Shown: positions 45,031 through 55,100 of the stretch, piece after piece
Position numbering within the stretch: position 1 is the first letter of the stretch
How the letters are laid out: every line of letters starts with the position of its first letter
Source: a virus
Virus record (IMG/VR): IMGVR_UViG_3300031951_000028
Strand: one strand, 5' to 3'
DNA: 64,000 bases
Program-made: the position numbers and the translations under genes
The notes under the pieces: generated by a model
What the model was told of the DNA's origin: nothing
Database searches by the model: none
Seen by the model: only the letters and a program-made list of their open reading frames with translations

Positions 45031-47886
45031 TTATGGAGGGGTTGTAGTGGTTGTAGTAGGAGTCGCGCATGGTAGGCTTGAAGGCCCTTCACAAGGCGAT
45101 CCAATTACTCCGTATGGACACAGGCATTGAATTAATGTGCCAGCTACGCAATTACTGCTATCCAAATAATATTGATTAAATTCATTACATAAATAATTAC
45201 ATGATCCTGTACATGGTCCGTAACACACATCACAATCTGTTGCTGCTCCTTGCCATATACCTCCATTAGCTATACAGTTAGCTTCAGTAGTTTGTGTACA
45301 GCTATCTACTGGATAACCACAACAAGCGCCTTCTGGACCAGCTGTAGTGGTTGTAGTAGGAGCGGCTGTTGTAGTAGTGGTAGGTGCCGCAGTTGTTGTC
45401 GTGGTTGTAGTAGTTGTAGTTGTAGTTGCTGGAGGTTCTCCCGCGCATTCTGGATCTATAGCCCCAGAACAAGTTTCGCCTTCTGTCCAAGTACCAGATA
45501 CTAAATTACAATGCGCCTCAGAGACATATTGACAATTATCTGTTGTCCAAGGAAGATTATAACAACATCTTCCACAAGGTGGTGGGCAACTTTCAACACA
45601 AGTTTCTCCTGGGTGCCATGCTCCACTAACAGCATTACATTGTGCTAATGTATAACCTTCAATACATTCTCCACATTCACCAGCTAAAACAATGTTAAAA
45701 CAACAAGCGCCAGTAGGTGCTGAGGTTGTTGTTGTGCTTGTTGTAGTACTATTAGTAGTATCGCATCTAAAATATAAGCTTTGTGCTGGAAAACACGGTC
45801 CTCTAGCGTCTGGACAAGGACATCCTACATCACAAGTATCAGAACTTTTAACCCAAACTCCAGCCCAGCAAAAATAGTAACAACCTCCATTACAAGGAGC
45901 TGAAGTAGTGCTAGTAGTAGTTGAATTACAGCATTCCCAACAAGGATCTGGAGTCGTAGTCGGTTCAAGAGTGGTTGTAGTATTTAACGGTATACATGGA
46001 CTAAAAGTTTTTACACAATCTTGTAACTCAGTTGGTTGTGGACAATAACACCTGTCACCATTAGGCGCTGGCGATGCACAATTTTGCACTGACAAGCAAA
46101 TACCATAGCCAGGAATTTTTAACCACATGCAACCACCACCACAGCCTGGAGGCGCTATAGTTGTTGTAGTAGTAGCCGGTAATCTGTCACAGTCTGAAGT
46201 GTATGTATCACAAAAATCATTAGGTACACGATCAGGAGGTGTACATGTACATAGTTCAGTAGTTAAACCACCTATAGGACAATCATTATGTACAACGGCC
46301 CATGTTCTACCAGTATACCAACAATCTATATAAACCCATTCGCAATTTCCCTCGCATGGAGCTTCTGTTGTTGTTGTAGTAGTACTACCAGGATGAATAG
46401 TGGTAGTTGTTGTTGTATAACTTCCACAGTCACATGGTGGACATGTAGTAGTAGTACAATTAGGAGGCTCGCCTGGATTATATTCTGTACAAGATGTTGT
46501 AGTTTTTTGTCCAGTAAAAGTGGGACAGAATATTGGTTGAACACATTCACAATCACCAGGTGCTGGTGTAGTTGTAGTAGTGCTAGTTGTACTAGTAGTT
46601 GTTGTTTGTGATGGATTACAATCTATAGTAGTAGTTGTAGTACTAGTGGTTGTTGGCCCATCTGTTGTTGTAGTAGTAGTGCTAGTAGTTGTAGTACTTG
46701 TAGTAGTTGTAGTGGTGCCTTCACCACATGTATCACTTAATAATGTCCATGTTTTTCCATCATTAGATATCCATTCACAAGAGCCTGTGCATTTAGTTGG
46801 ATATACTGGTGATAGTGTTGTTGTTGTGGTAGTTGACTCTATAGTTTCATAGCCATTTAATACCCAATACTCACAAGCATCAGTATCCCAATAGCAGATG
46901 ACATGATCGCCGCCTTCATAAGCCTCATTTGTTTTGTTATTTACAACTATATTATTAGTACTATCTAAATAAATAGTGTTTCCATCACTGTCCCATAATG
47001 CAGAGCCTTTATCTTGATAAGCATTAGCTGAGCCGCCTACAGCCAAATCTTCTTTAAGAGTCGCGCTAATCATTTTATAAGCAGGTCTAGCAGTCCAAAC
47101 TCTTCTGCTTCTATCCCACACTAAATCTACCGGGCCTACTGGCCAAGTTTTTGATTTTTTAAGCCAATTATCTAAGAACTGATCTTTTAAATTTTGTGTA
47201 GTAAATATACCGCTTTCGGCATCTTCTTCTGTATCAGAAGCATTTGGCACTGGTTTTCCATCTGTATCATAACCCCATCCTTGAATAACCATTGGGCCTT
47301 TAAAAGCGAAAAATCTATAATCTTCAGAATACGGATCTCCACTATTTAATTCTGTTACTATAGATGAAATATGGCTGTTAATTCCTGTATCAGCGTCCCC
47401 ATCTCTAGCTATAATATCAAAATCATGGCCGCTTTGATATCCATAAGTAAAATCTGCTGGATTGGTTAGCGGGTTTAAATAATCAGCAGTGATTAGTATA
47501 TCATAACTAGATAAACTTCCACTATCATAAGTAATAGGCGGTTGAGCGCCTCTAGGAGCGTGTTGCGAGCAATTTTCGCATTCAATTGGTTGAGCAAATC
47601 TAGGAAGCCCGCCACTACCGTGTAAAGATACTGGCCTAAAAATGCCATCTAATGACATTGCGGCTTTTTCATCCCAGTCTGAAGCCATTTCCTCTCTTAA
47701 AGTCGAGGCGTTTGCTATAACTACAGTAGCCGCGTCTTCTGTTTGGCCAGTATCTCTAGGGTTCCATATGCCTATAATAACTTCACTATAGGCTAATGGC
47801 GAGCGTTGTGTGCTTTTATTTTCTCGATTTCTTCTATCGTGCGGTTTATTGCCGCCTTTTGTGAAATCATTAAACCCTTTACTCAC
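45031..47886 (-). CDS. Putative tail fibre/appendage protein with mucin-like poly-Thr and Cys-rich repeats
   Basis: 951 aa; C-terminal ~600 aa alternate Thr runs and Cys modules; located at the end of the tail operon. Confidence 0.75.
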   Translation of the reverse strand: MSKGFNDFTKGGNKPHDRRNRENKSTQRSPLAYSEVIIGIWNPRDTGQTEDAATVVIANASTLREEMASDWDEKAAMSLDGIFRPVSLHGSGGLPRFAQPIECENCSQHAPRGAQPPITYDSGSLSSYDILITADYLNPLTNPADFTYGYQSGHDFDIIARDGDADTGINSHISSIVTELNSGDPYSEDYRFFAFKGPMVIQGWGYDTDGKPVPNASDTEEDAESGIFTTQNLKDQFLDNWLKKSKTWPVGPVDLVWDRSRRVWTARPAYKMISATLKEDLAVGGSANAYQDKGSALWDSDGNTIYLDSTNNIVVNNKTNEAYEGGDHVICYWDTDACEYWVLNGYETIESTTTTTTLSPVYPTKCTGSCEWISNDGKTWTLLSDTCGEGTTTTTTSTTTTSTTTTTTDGPTTTSTTTTTIDCNPSQTTTTSTTSTTTTTPAPGDCECVQPIFCPTFTGQKTTTSCTEYNPGEPPNCTTTTCPPCDCGSYTTTTTTIHPGSTTTTTTEAPCEGNCEWVYIDCWYTGRTWAVVHNDCPIGGLTTELCTCTPPDRVPNDFCDTYTSDCDRLPATTTTTIAPPGCGGGCMWLKIPGYGICLSVQNCASPAPNGDRCYCPQPTELQDCVKTFSPCIPLNTTTTLEPTTTPDPCWECCNSTTTSTTSAPCNGGCYYFCWAGVWVKSSDTCDVGCPCPDARGPCFPAQSLYFRCDTTNSTTTSTTTTSAPTGACCFNIVLAGECGECIEGYTLAQCNAVSGAWHPGETCVESCPPPCGRCCYNLPWTTDNCQYVSEAHCNLVSGTWTEGETCSGAIDPECAGEPPATTTTTTTTTTTTAAPTTTTTAAPTTTTTAGPEGACCGYPVDSCTQTTEANCIANGGIWQGAATDCDVCYGPCTGSCNYLCNEFNQYYLDSSNCVAGTLIQCLCPYGVIGSPCEGPSSLPCATPTTTTTTPP
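45034..46845 (-). repeat. Coding poly-Thr tracts (mixed ACT/ACA/ACC codons) interspersed with Cys-rich modules
   Basis: Imperfect GTA/GTT triplet runs on the plus strand, e.g. 45343-45428 and 46567-46716. Confidence 0.9.
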
Positions 47887-50657
47887 TATTTCTGCCCTGT
47901 ACCAAATTTATTGAATAATTCTTGTCTTATATTTCCTATCTCTTTAACTCTATCTATTTTAGCTTTAGCGAAACGTCTAAAGCCTTTAGTATAAAGTTGG
48001 AAAACATAAGTGGTGGTAATGCCATCAGCACCGTAATTAATATTCATACTAGATATAATAGGTCCTAAAGTACCGGTCCATCCTACGGCCATTAAATCTA
48101 CTGTACCCCAAGTTATTCCTGGAAAACTTAAAGAACTATTAGAAGTCATTGTCCTAGTGGCTATAATTCTCTGGCCCGCAATATAGCCAGAACCATTAAA
48201 AGCCATCATTTCCTCGCCTAATCTTCCTTTTGGTATCCCCGGAACTGTTATTGTTCCACTTTGACTCTTATACATTGTAGATACACCAAAAGTGACTTGG
48301 TCCAAGGCAGCAGCATTCAAAGCTGTCATACTCCCAAAATTCCATGGAGTTAAGCTATAATCGCTATTTACAGCTGTTGGGCCAGAGCCGTTGCCAAAAT
48401 ACCAAGGTCCATAAACTTCTTCATTATTAGTTAAAGCAACTGTCGCTGCGCTAGGAGTTCTTGGTCTACGAGCGCTCCATAAACTAACTGTAGAACCGCC
48501 AACACTTCTAACGCTTGGGTCTGCTTCTTGCTGAGCTTGTCTTAATATTGGGTTTGTGCCATCTATAACTTTACCATTTCTATTCCATAAATCGAATTGA
48601 CCTTTTTCATTTATGGATTGCGGCAATTCTATAACTACTCTTGGGTCTGTTAAATTAGCAGCATCTCCAAACACGAACTGAGATTGTGTAGAGCATTTAG
48701 CCCATAAAATACCGTAATTGCCAGAATTAAAGTCTACATAACCATATTGGTCTTCATCTAAATTTTTAAAATCTATAGTTTGACCACTATCATATCTGAC
48801 AAATGGCCTAATTCTACCATCGCCCAATCTAAAGAAATCCATAGCTACAGAAGTAGTGTCTATACCTAATAAATTAAAAAACTCAGTTCCACTATCTTCA
48901 TTCCAACCGCCATCAGATACACTTCTACTAAAAGTAATTTCTCCAGTATCAGGGTCTCTTTTAGCACATAGCCAAGGTATTCTTACTTGGAACTTTTTAC
49001 CATAATAATTTGATGCTAAATCTAAAACCCAGTTATACAATAAGTCTTCATCATTTTCTATAAGATTTTGTAAATCTTGGGCTGTTTTTACTTTCTTTAA
49101 ATTTAAATAATGAAAGGGTTTTAGTATTTGATTTGCTACCGCTGGGCTATTATTCATTACGGTCATCCAATGAGCCATATCCCATAAACCTAATTGTGAG
49201 GTAGCATTACCTACAGAATGAACTGCTCTCAATAACTGCGCGGTTGGCCTATTATGAGTAAAAACATAACTTTTCCAAGACTCTTCTCCATCTAAAGCAG
49301 CTATTAGTTCATATTCTTCTAACTCTATATAATCTGGCACGTTCAATACTACTGTTTGATATTTTAAGGCTGCAGTATTAGCATCAAAATATACAGTAAC
49401 AGGATCTGAAGTCATAGTTTTGGCGTCTAAATTCAAATCAACACCATTTGGTGTACACCAATCTATTCCACGACTCATTAACACATTACCATTATTATCT
49501 AGACCCCAATAAGGTTGTATAAAATCATCACTTAAATCATAATTGTATATATCTACTTCTTCAAACTCTTGAGTTGTAGGATTCCAATACTCTCCAGTTG
49601 TTTCAGAATAACCATTTGTCCCGCGCACATTTTCAACATAATACATTTGCTCTTTTCTAGGACCAAGTGTAAAATTATTAAAAGTGCCAATTCTTAATTC
49701 TTCCCCTACATTGGCAGATATTCTTCCGCACCCGCTATTATAAGAATCTAAAAATTGCGCAAGGGTATAGCTAGTGATTGGGCCAGTTCTATCTATAGTT
49801 CTTATTTTTATAAATTTATAGACAGTATTATCTTCACATACAGGAATTAGTTCTACCATAAACTCCATACCAGCATCTTCAATCACTTGAGAAATCATAT
49901 CCCCAAGTATTGCTGATTGCCCCTCAAATCTATAATAATCTGGAGCTATAGGCACCTCTGATATATCTAATATATATCCTACATCATCTTCTCTTATTAA
50001 ACCAAAACCACCACTTAGCCCAGGGATGAATTTAATTCTATTATTTTGTAAAAAATTAGATGTTGGAATTGATCCAGTATTAGCAACTAACCCACTAAGT
50101 AACACTACAGCGGTTCTAATCTTTACCCAAGGCATGCCTTTACCATAATTAGACGCGCCACCAAAAGACGCGCACGCCTGATATTCCCATAGCCCATAAG
50201 CATTAATAACATTAGGAACTGTAAAAGTGCCACCTTTATAATCATCTAAAATAACAGAGATGGAATTTAGTATATCTGTTGGGGCAGAAATATCTACAGT
50301 ATAAATATTTAAACCGCCTGTACTATCATCTTTACTTACTTTTTGCACTATTCCTGAAAATTCAAAATCTCCATGTTTAAAGCAAACAGGGACGCCAATA
50401 AGATTCTGAGACTCGCCAATAAAACCTGGGTCAGCACCTGTCCACTCTTGTGTTTGAAAACATTCATCTAAATATAATTTAGGTAAATTTTCTGGACATA
50501 CCGCTTTTGGATCTTCAACTAATACTACTGTTACGTTACCGCCTCCACCGAGCGCTTGCATGTCACCAGAAAAGCTTTTAACACTCAATCCTAAAAACAA
50601 CCACTGGCGCGGGCATGAATCCGCACACGGCGTACAATTTACATAAGGTCCAGGCAT
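47886..50657 (-). CDS. Tail tip / baseplate-hub-like structural protein
   Basis: 923 aa, second gene after the tape measure; beta-rich composition. Confidence 0.55.
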   Translation of the reverse strand: MPGPYVNCTPCADSCPRQWLFLGLSVKSFSGDMQALGGGGNVTVVLVEDPKAVCPENLPKLYLDECFQTQEWTGADPGFIGESQNLIGVPVCFKHGDFEFSGIVQKVSKDDSTGGLNIYTVDISAPTDILNSISVILDDYKGGTFTVPNVINAYGLWEYQACASFGGASNYGKGMPWVKIRTAVVLLSGLVANTGSIPTSNFLQNNRIKFIPGLSGGFGLIREDDVGYILDISEVPIAPDYYRFEGQSAILGDMISQVIEDAGMEFMVELIPVCEDNTVYKFIKIRTIDRTGPITSYTLAQFLDSYNSGCGRISANVGEELRIGTFNNFTLGPRKEQMYYVENVRGTNGYSETTGEYWNPTTQEFEEVDIYNYDLSDDFIQPYWGLDNNGNVLMSRGIDWCTPNGVDLNLDAKTMTSDPVTVYFDANTAALKYQTVVLNVPDYIELEEYELIAALDGEESWKSYVFTHNRPTAQLLRAVHSVGNATSQLGLWDMAHWMTVMNNSPAVANQILKPFHYLNLKKVKTAQDLQNLIENDEDLLYNWVLDLASNYYGKKFQVRIPWLCAKRDPDTGEITFSRSVSDGGWNEDSGTEFFNLLGIDTTSVAMDFFRLGDGRIRPFVRYDSGQTIDFKNLDEDQYGYVDFNSGNYGILWAKCSTQSQFVFGDAANLTDPRVVIELPQSINEKGQFDLWNRNGKVIDGTNPILRQAQQEADPSVRSVGGSTVSLWSARRPRTPSAATVALTNNEEVYGPWYFGNGSGPTAVNSDYSLTPWNFGSMTALNAAALDQVTFGVSTMYKSQSGTITVPGIPKGRLGEEMMAFNGSGYIAGQRIIATRTMTSNSSLSFPGITWGTVDLMAVGWTGTLGPIISSMNINYGADGITTTYVFQLYTKGFRRFAKAKIDRVKEIGNIRQELFNKFGTGQK

Positions 50658-50658
50658 C

Positions 50659-52152
50659 TTATCCTACTCCAGTACAACAATCTGAGAATGAAAAGGAGAT
50701 ACTTCTAGAGTAAGCTCCAGTTTTTGGGTTCCAACTTTCCTGATCTACATCTGTATACACCGAATCATACTGTCCAGTTAAATAATCATACCAATCATTA
50801 ATTAAGTCATCTAATGTTGGTTTTGCTGGGCTAGTAATAAAACCACTATCTCCAGGGCAAAGCTTACCACAATCTAATACTAAAGTTGCATTTATAGTTT
50901 TACTACCTTTAGTTTTGATTCCTAAACATTGTAAAATAGGGCAAGGCCTGCCTAAAATTTGCAGCTCTGCATAAACATCTGTTGGATATTGATCTGTAAC
51001 ATCAATACTTTCATTTAATATCGTACAACCTGAAGGTGCTTCTAAACAGAAATTATCTGTTTCATAACTTGCTGCATAGGTTATTTGGCCAGCTACAGGA
51101 GAATGGGTGTGTGAAAATGTTGTGTAAACTGGTGTTAAACTTTCACCAGATATTGTTTGGCATCTTGTATGTAAAATACCGCTAGTATAACCCCAATATT
51201 CTAGCGCGCTTTCATATTTATTTTTAGTAATAGTATAGCAATTGCCGCTGTAATAACCACTCTCATAACCAACGATTGTACCTTGAACACTAATATTTCT
51301 AAGGCGACTATCTCTTGATGCTTGAATATCTACAGTAAAATCTTCTCTTGCGCTGTAAATATCTCCAGTATTTTGTGCTAATACCCAAGTTTCTGTGACT
51401 GAATACTCTCCAGCTGTAACACCAATTGAATTCGTTCTTATATGATTAAATAAATCATAAGAACCTATACAACCACCGCCTACATTAGTATTATACCATA
51501 TTCCAGTATCCCATCCTAAAGCGCTTTCTACTTTATCTTTAGCTATCTTCCATCCTTCTACAAAAGAGATATCTCCAGTTGTACAAGTGTCTTTAGCTTG
51601 CGCTCTTACATTGTGTGTTATATTAAAAGTGCGTTTAGGACTTAGCTCCCCGGCAATATTAAAAAAGTTTTGCTCTACATCTAAAATTATATCCCAGCTT
51701 TCATCATAGCTAGTTATAGACGAGTCTACACAACATGTAATATCTGGAGAAGATATGCTATTAGTCTCTAGTTCTATTGTATATGGTAATGAAAAGACCA
51801 TATTGTCTGGACTTTGCTGAAAAGATATATTTAATACTCTACAGCAAGCTTTAAATATCTCATCACCATCGCACTCTATTAATAGATCGCCGTCGCAGTT
51901 AAAAGTATCTAATAAAGTTTTTTTGGCTTCCATTATATTAGATATGCCGGCAGCAGTATCTACATTTAATGGAGGAAAAGCTGTTGGGTCTGGTCTTAAA
52001 ATTAAACCTTGCAAACTAATAGTATATCCACACCCAATCTGCATTCCAGCTTGTGTTCTAGATATTTGTTTTGCTATAGATGTAATTAATGGACTCGGTG
52101 TTACCGGGGTTCCATTATAATATAGTATAACTGCTTGATTTTCTATTGGCAT
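50659..52152 (-). CDS. Tail structural protein (distal-tail-like by position)
   Basis: Directly downstream of the tape measure; repeated strand motifs ESW/ETW. Confidence 0.55.
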   Translation of the reverse strand: MPIENQAVILYYNGTPVTPSPLITSIAKQISRTQAGMQIGCGYTISLQGLILRPDPTAFPPLNVDTAAGISNIMEAKKTLLDTFNCDGDLLIECDGDEIFKACCRVLNISFQQSPDNMVFSLPYTIELETNSISSPDITCCVDSSITSYDESWDIILDVEQNFFNIAGELSPKRTFNITHNVRAQAKDTCTTGDISFVEGWKIAKDKVESALGWDTGIWYNTNVGGGCIGSYDLFNHIRTNSIGVTAGEYSVTETWVLAQNTGDIYSAREDFTVDIQASRDSRLRNISVQGTIVGYESGYYSGNCYTITKNKYESALEYWGYTSGILHTRCQTISGESLTPVYTTFSHTHSPVAGQITYAASYETDNFCLEAPSGCTILNESIDVTDQYPTDVYAELQILGRPCPILQCLGIKTKGSKTINATLVLDCGKLCPGDSGFITSPAKPTLDDLINDWYDYLTGQYDSVYTDVDQESWNPKTGAYSRSISFSFSDCCTGVG

Positions 52153-52161
52153 CTTAAATCC

Positions 52162-55100
52162 TTAACTTAGTTTTGAATAATTCATATTATTTGCGGTGGC
52201 AAAATCACTCAAAGCTTTATCTACTACGCTTTGGACGCTAGCTAAGACTGCATCATTTGCCCCGCCTCCTCCGCCTCCAGTAACAGCTCCAGTAACAGTA
52301 ACATTTCCTTCTATATTAACTTTAGCAGAAGCTAGTAAACTGGCCGCTTTTTCAAAAGTTTGAGCGGCTGCTATAGCTGGTTCAAAATTAATACTACCAA
52401 AATCAATTTTACCTAATTGTTGTACGCTTTCGTTGAGACTATTAAACGCGTTTGATATATCAGTGATTACTTGTTTATCTTGGTCATTAAAGTATTGAGC
52501 CGCTTCTTCATTAGTTTTTAAAGCTTTTTCTAATTGATCTTTTTCTGGAGCGGTCGCGGCAACCTCATCTGTTCTTAAAGCAAGTTCGCTAATTTTTTTA
52601 CCTTCGAACTCATAACCACTAGTATCTACACCTAATCTTTCGGTAGCCTTACCAAACTTATCTAAAGCTCTTCTAGCTTTTCTAGCCTGTCTAGAATCTC
52701 CACTTTGCTCTGCATTAGCTAGTTGTTCTTCTAAACGTTTCTTGATTTCACCTCTGTCAATATCAGATAAATTACTAATATTTCCACCGGCTTGGAATTG
52801 TTGTAATGAAGCATCTCCACGAGCATCAGCAGTCCCTAAAAGAACTTGCTTTTCTAATTCTTCAGCTTTTTTAGGATCTTTCTGTCTTTCATTCTCAATT
52901 GCTGCAGATAAACTACCTCTTTCTTCTTCTGTTAATTGACTGTAGTTTATTTGTCCAGTTTCTAAAGCTTTAAGTGCCTGCTGTCTTTTTTGTATTTGCT
53001 CTCTTTGTTGGTCTGAACCTAAAGCAAATTCCAGAGCTCCCTTTCTATCAACCGCTCTTGCTCTTAGTCTCTCTTCAAATTTAGTTAAAGCTAAAGCCGC
53101 ATCTGCTGTATTAGTACTTAATACATTCATTGCCGCATCAACTGCTTTTATCTCAGTTGTAAGATTTGCCATCTCTTGCTGAGCATTTTTATTATTTATA
53201 TCTAATTCATTTCTACGCTCTTCAAGTTTACTCTTTCTGTCTGTAAGTTCTTGAACAGAATAGTCTTGTCCAGTAGATTTATTAACACCTACTAAGTTTC
53301 TAACTTCTTGATTTTTTAAATCTACTTGTCGAGCTGCTAAATCAGTTGCTGTTGCTCCACTTAATGAGGCGTACTGATCTCTAAATTGAGCTGATTGTCT
53401 AACTGGATTAAATCTATTCTTTCTAGCTGTTAAACGAGCATCTGAATACTGATTCATTAATTGGACGCGCTGTCCAGTTAATTGATCTGCTGCTTGTGCT
53501 GCTTGTAATACTGTACCTTGATCTTCTGAAACTGTATCGTCAATAACTTTTTGAAAATCGCCAACTCTAAGTTTATCAGCGACTACATCTTCATTAGTAC
53601 TTGTATTTCCAAGAATAGTTTGACTAAAACCTTCTCTTAATTTTTGGGCTTTTGTTGAATCATTTTCTAAATTTCTAGATATAAAATTTTCTAAAACTTT
53701 TTTAGATGCGGATGTTACATCACGACCGCTTGTTCCAATTTCTTTTTGGACTAAATCATTAAAATTCTGGCCAAAATCTTGTACTGTCCCAACTTCATCT
53801 GCCAATTTAGCCACTCTACTACCTTTACCAAAAACACTTTTAAGTTGTTCTTGGGCTTTATCTTTTGTAGCTTGGTCATAACCACCTCTATTACCTAATA
53901 CTTGAGCTATGTTTGTAGCTCTACCAGCAGATGTTAAATCCCCAGTTCTTCTTGCTTGCGCCTGCTCTTGAAAATTAGCTATATTAAAACTTGAGGCGTC
54001 AGTAATAGCTTGAATTTTTGGAGCTATACTTTTTCTATTGTAAAATTCTTGTTCAGTTAAATCTTGTACTTTATCAGAAGATTGTTTTAATTGATTATCT
54101 ATATCAAGTTGTTTTAGTCCAAGATTATTTCTATTTTCTAATTCTTTCTTTGTGGAATCAAATGTATCTGCATATTTATTATATCTTTGTCTCTTAATTT
54201 TTTTAGTTTTACCAGTGCTAGGGTCAAAAAAATCAAATTCATCTTCTCTAGATGTAAATTTTTTAATTAATTCATCTGTAGACAATTCTTGATTTTCTGC
54301 TTGCGATCTAAACGCGTCAAAAGCTGCTACGCCTTCAGTGCCTATATTGCCAAAAAATTCACTTTGTAATTGCAATTTATCTACAGAGCCTACTCGCTCT
54401 TCTGCTTTTTTTAATCTTTCTTGATCTCTTACACTAAAACTGGCGCTGCCTTGCGTAAATCTTTTCTTTCTAAGAAGAGCTATTTCATTTCTATCGACAT
54501 CAGCTTGTCGTGTTAGTTCTGGCAACTGCTCATCTAATTTACCAATATAGTCTCCAGTGATTTGTTTCGCAATACCAATATCTTCATCTCTGCTTTCATA
54601 ATATCTTTCTAAAGCTCTATCTGAATAACTTTTCCCCCGTCCAACACCAGTTAAATTTGAAAAAGCGGTAGTATATGTACTTCCAGAAAGAGGATTAACA
54701 AAATCTTTTACTTGTTGTATAGCTATCCCAGTATCATCTAAAACATCATTTTTAGTAGTAAAGGATAAATCCGCTCCTAGTTGTCCAGTATTTAATAGCG
54801 CTTGTTGTAATTGATTTTTATCATAGGAGGCTCCTGGAATACCTATATCAAAACCAAATGTTTCTTTATAATTATTAGCACTCCCACTTCTAGAAAAATT
54901 ATCAAATTGTTTCTGTAAGCCGCCATAATTACGATCTTTAACACTAGTCGTAATTTGATCAGCAAGCTGTGTTTTTTGTAAATCTTGTTGTCTTTTAATA
55001 GCTTGATTTCTTAATTCAAAAATACTTATCCCAGCACCAGCTATTCCACCAGCTATTGCGCCGGGTATACCGGCGAATTGTGAACCAGTAGCTATACCAC

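Noticed and set aside
45343-46716. GTA/GTT triplet runs as a CRISPR array or phase-variable microsatellite
   Set aside because: No constant repeat with unique spacers; mixed synonymous Thr codons point to protein-level selection.
45250-46852. Plus-strand Val- or Ser/Cys-rich ORFs (45250, 45347, 45692, 46127, 46288, 46580)
   Set aside because: Antisense shadows of the poly-Thr codons in the 951-aa gene.
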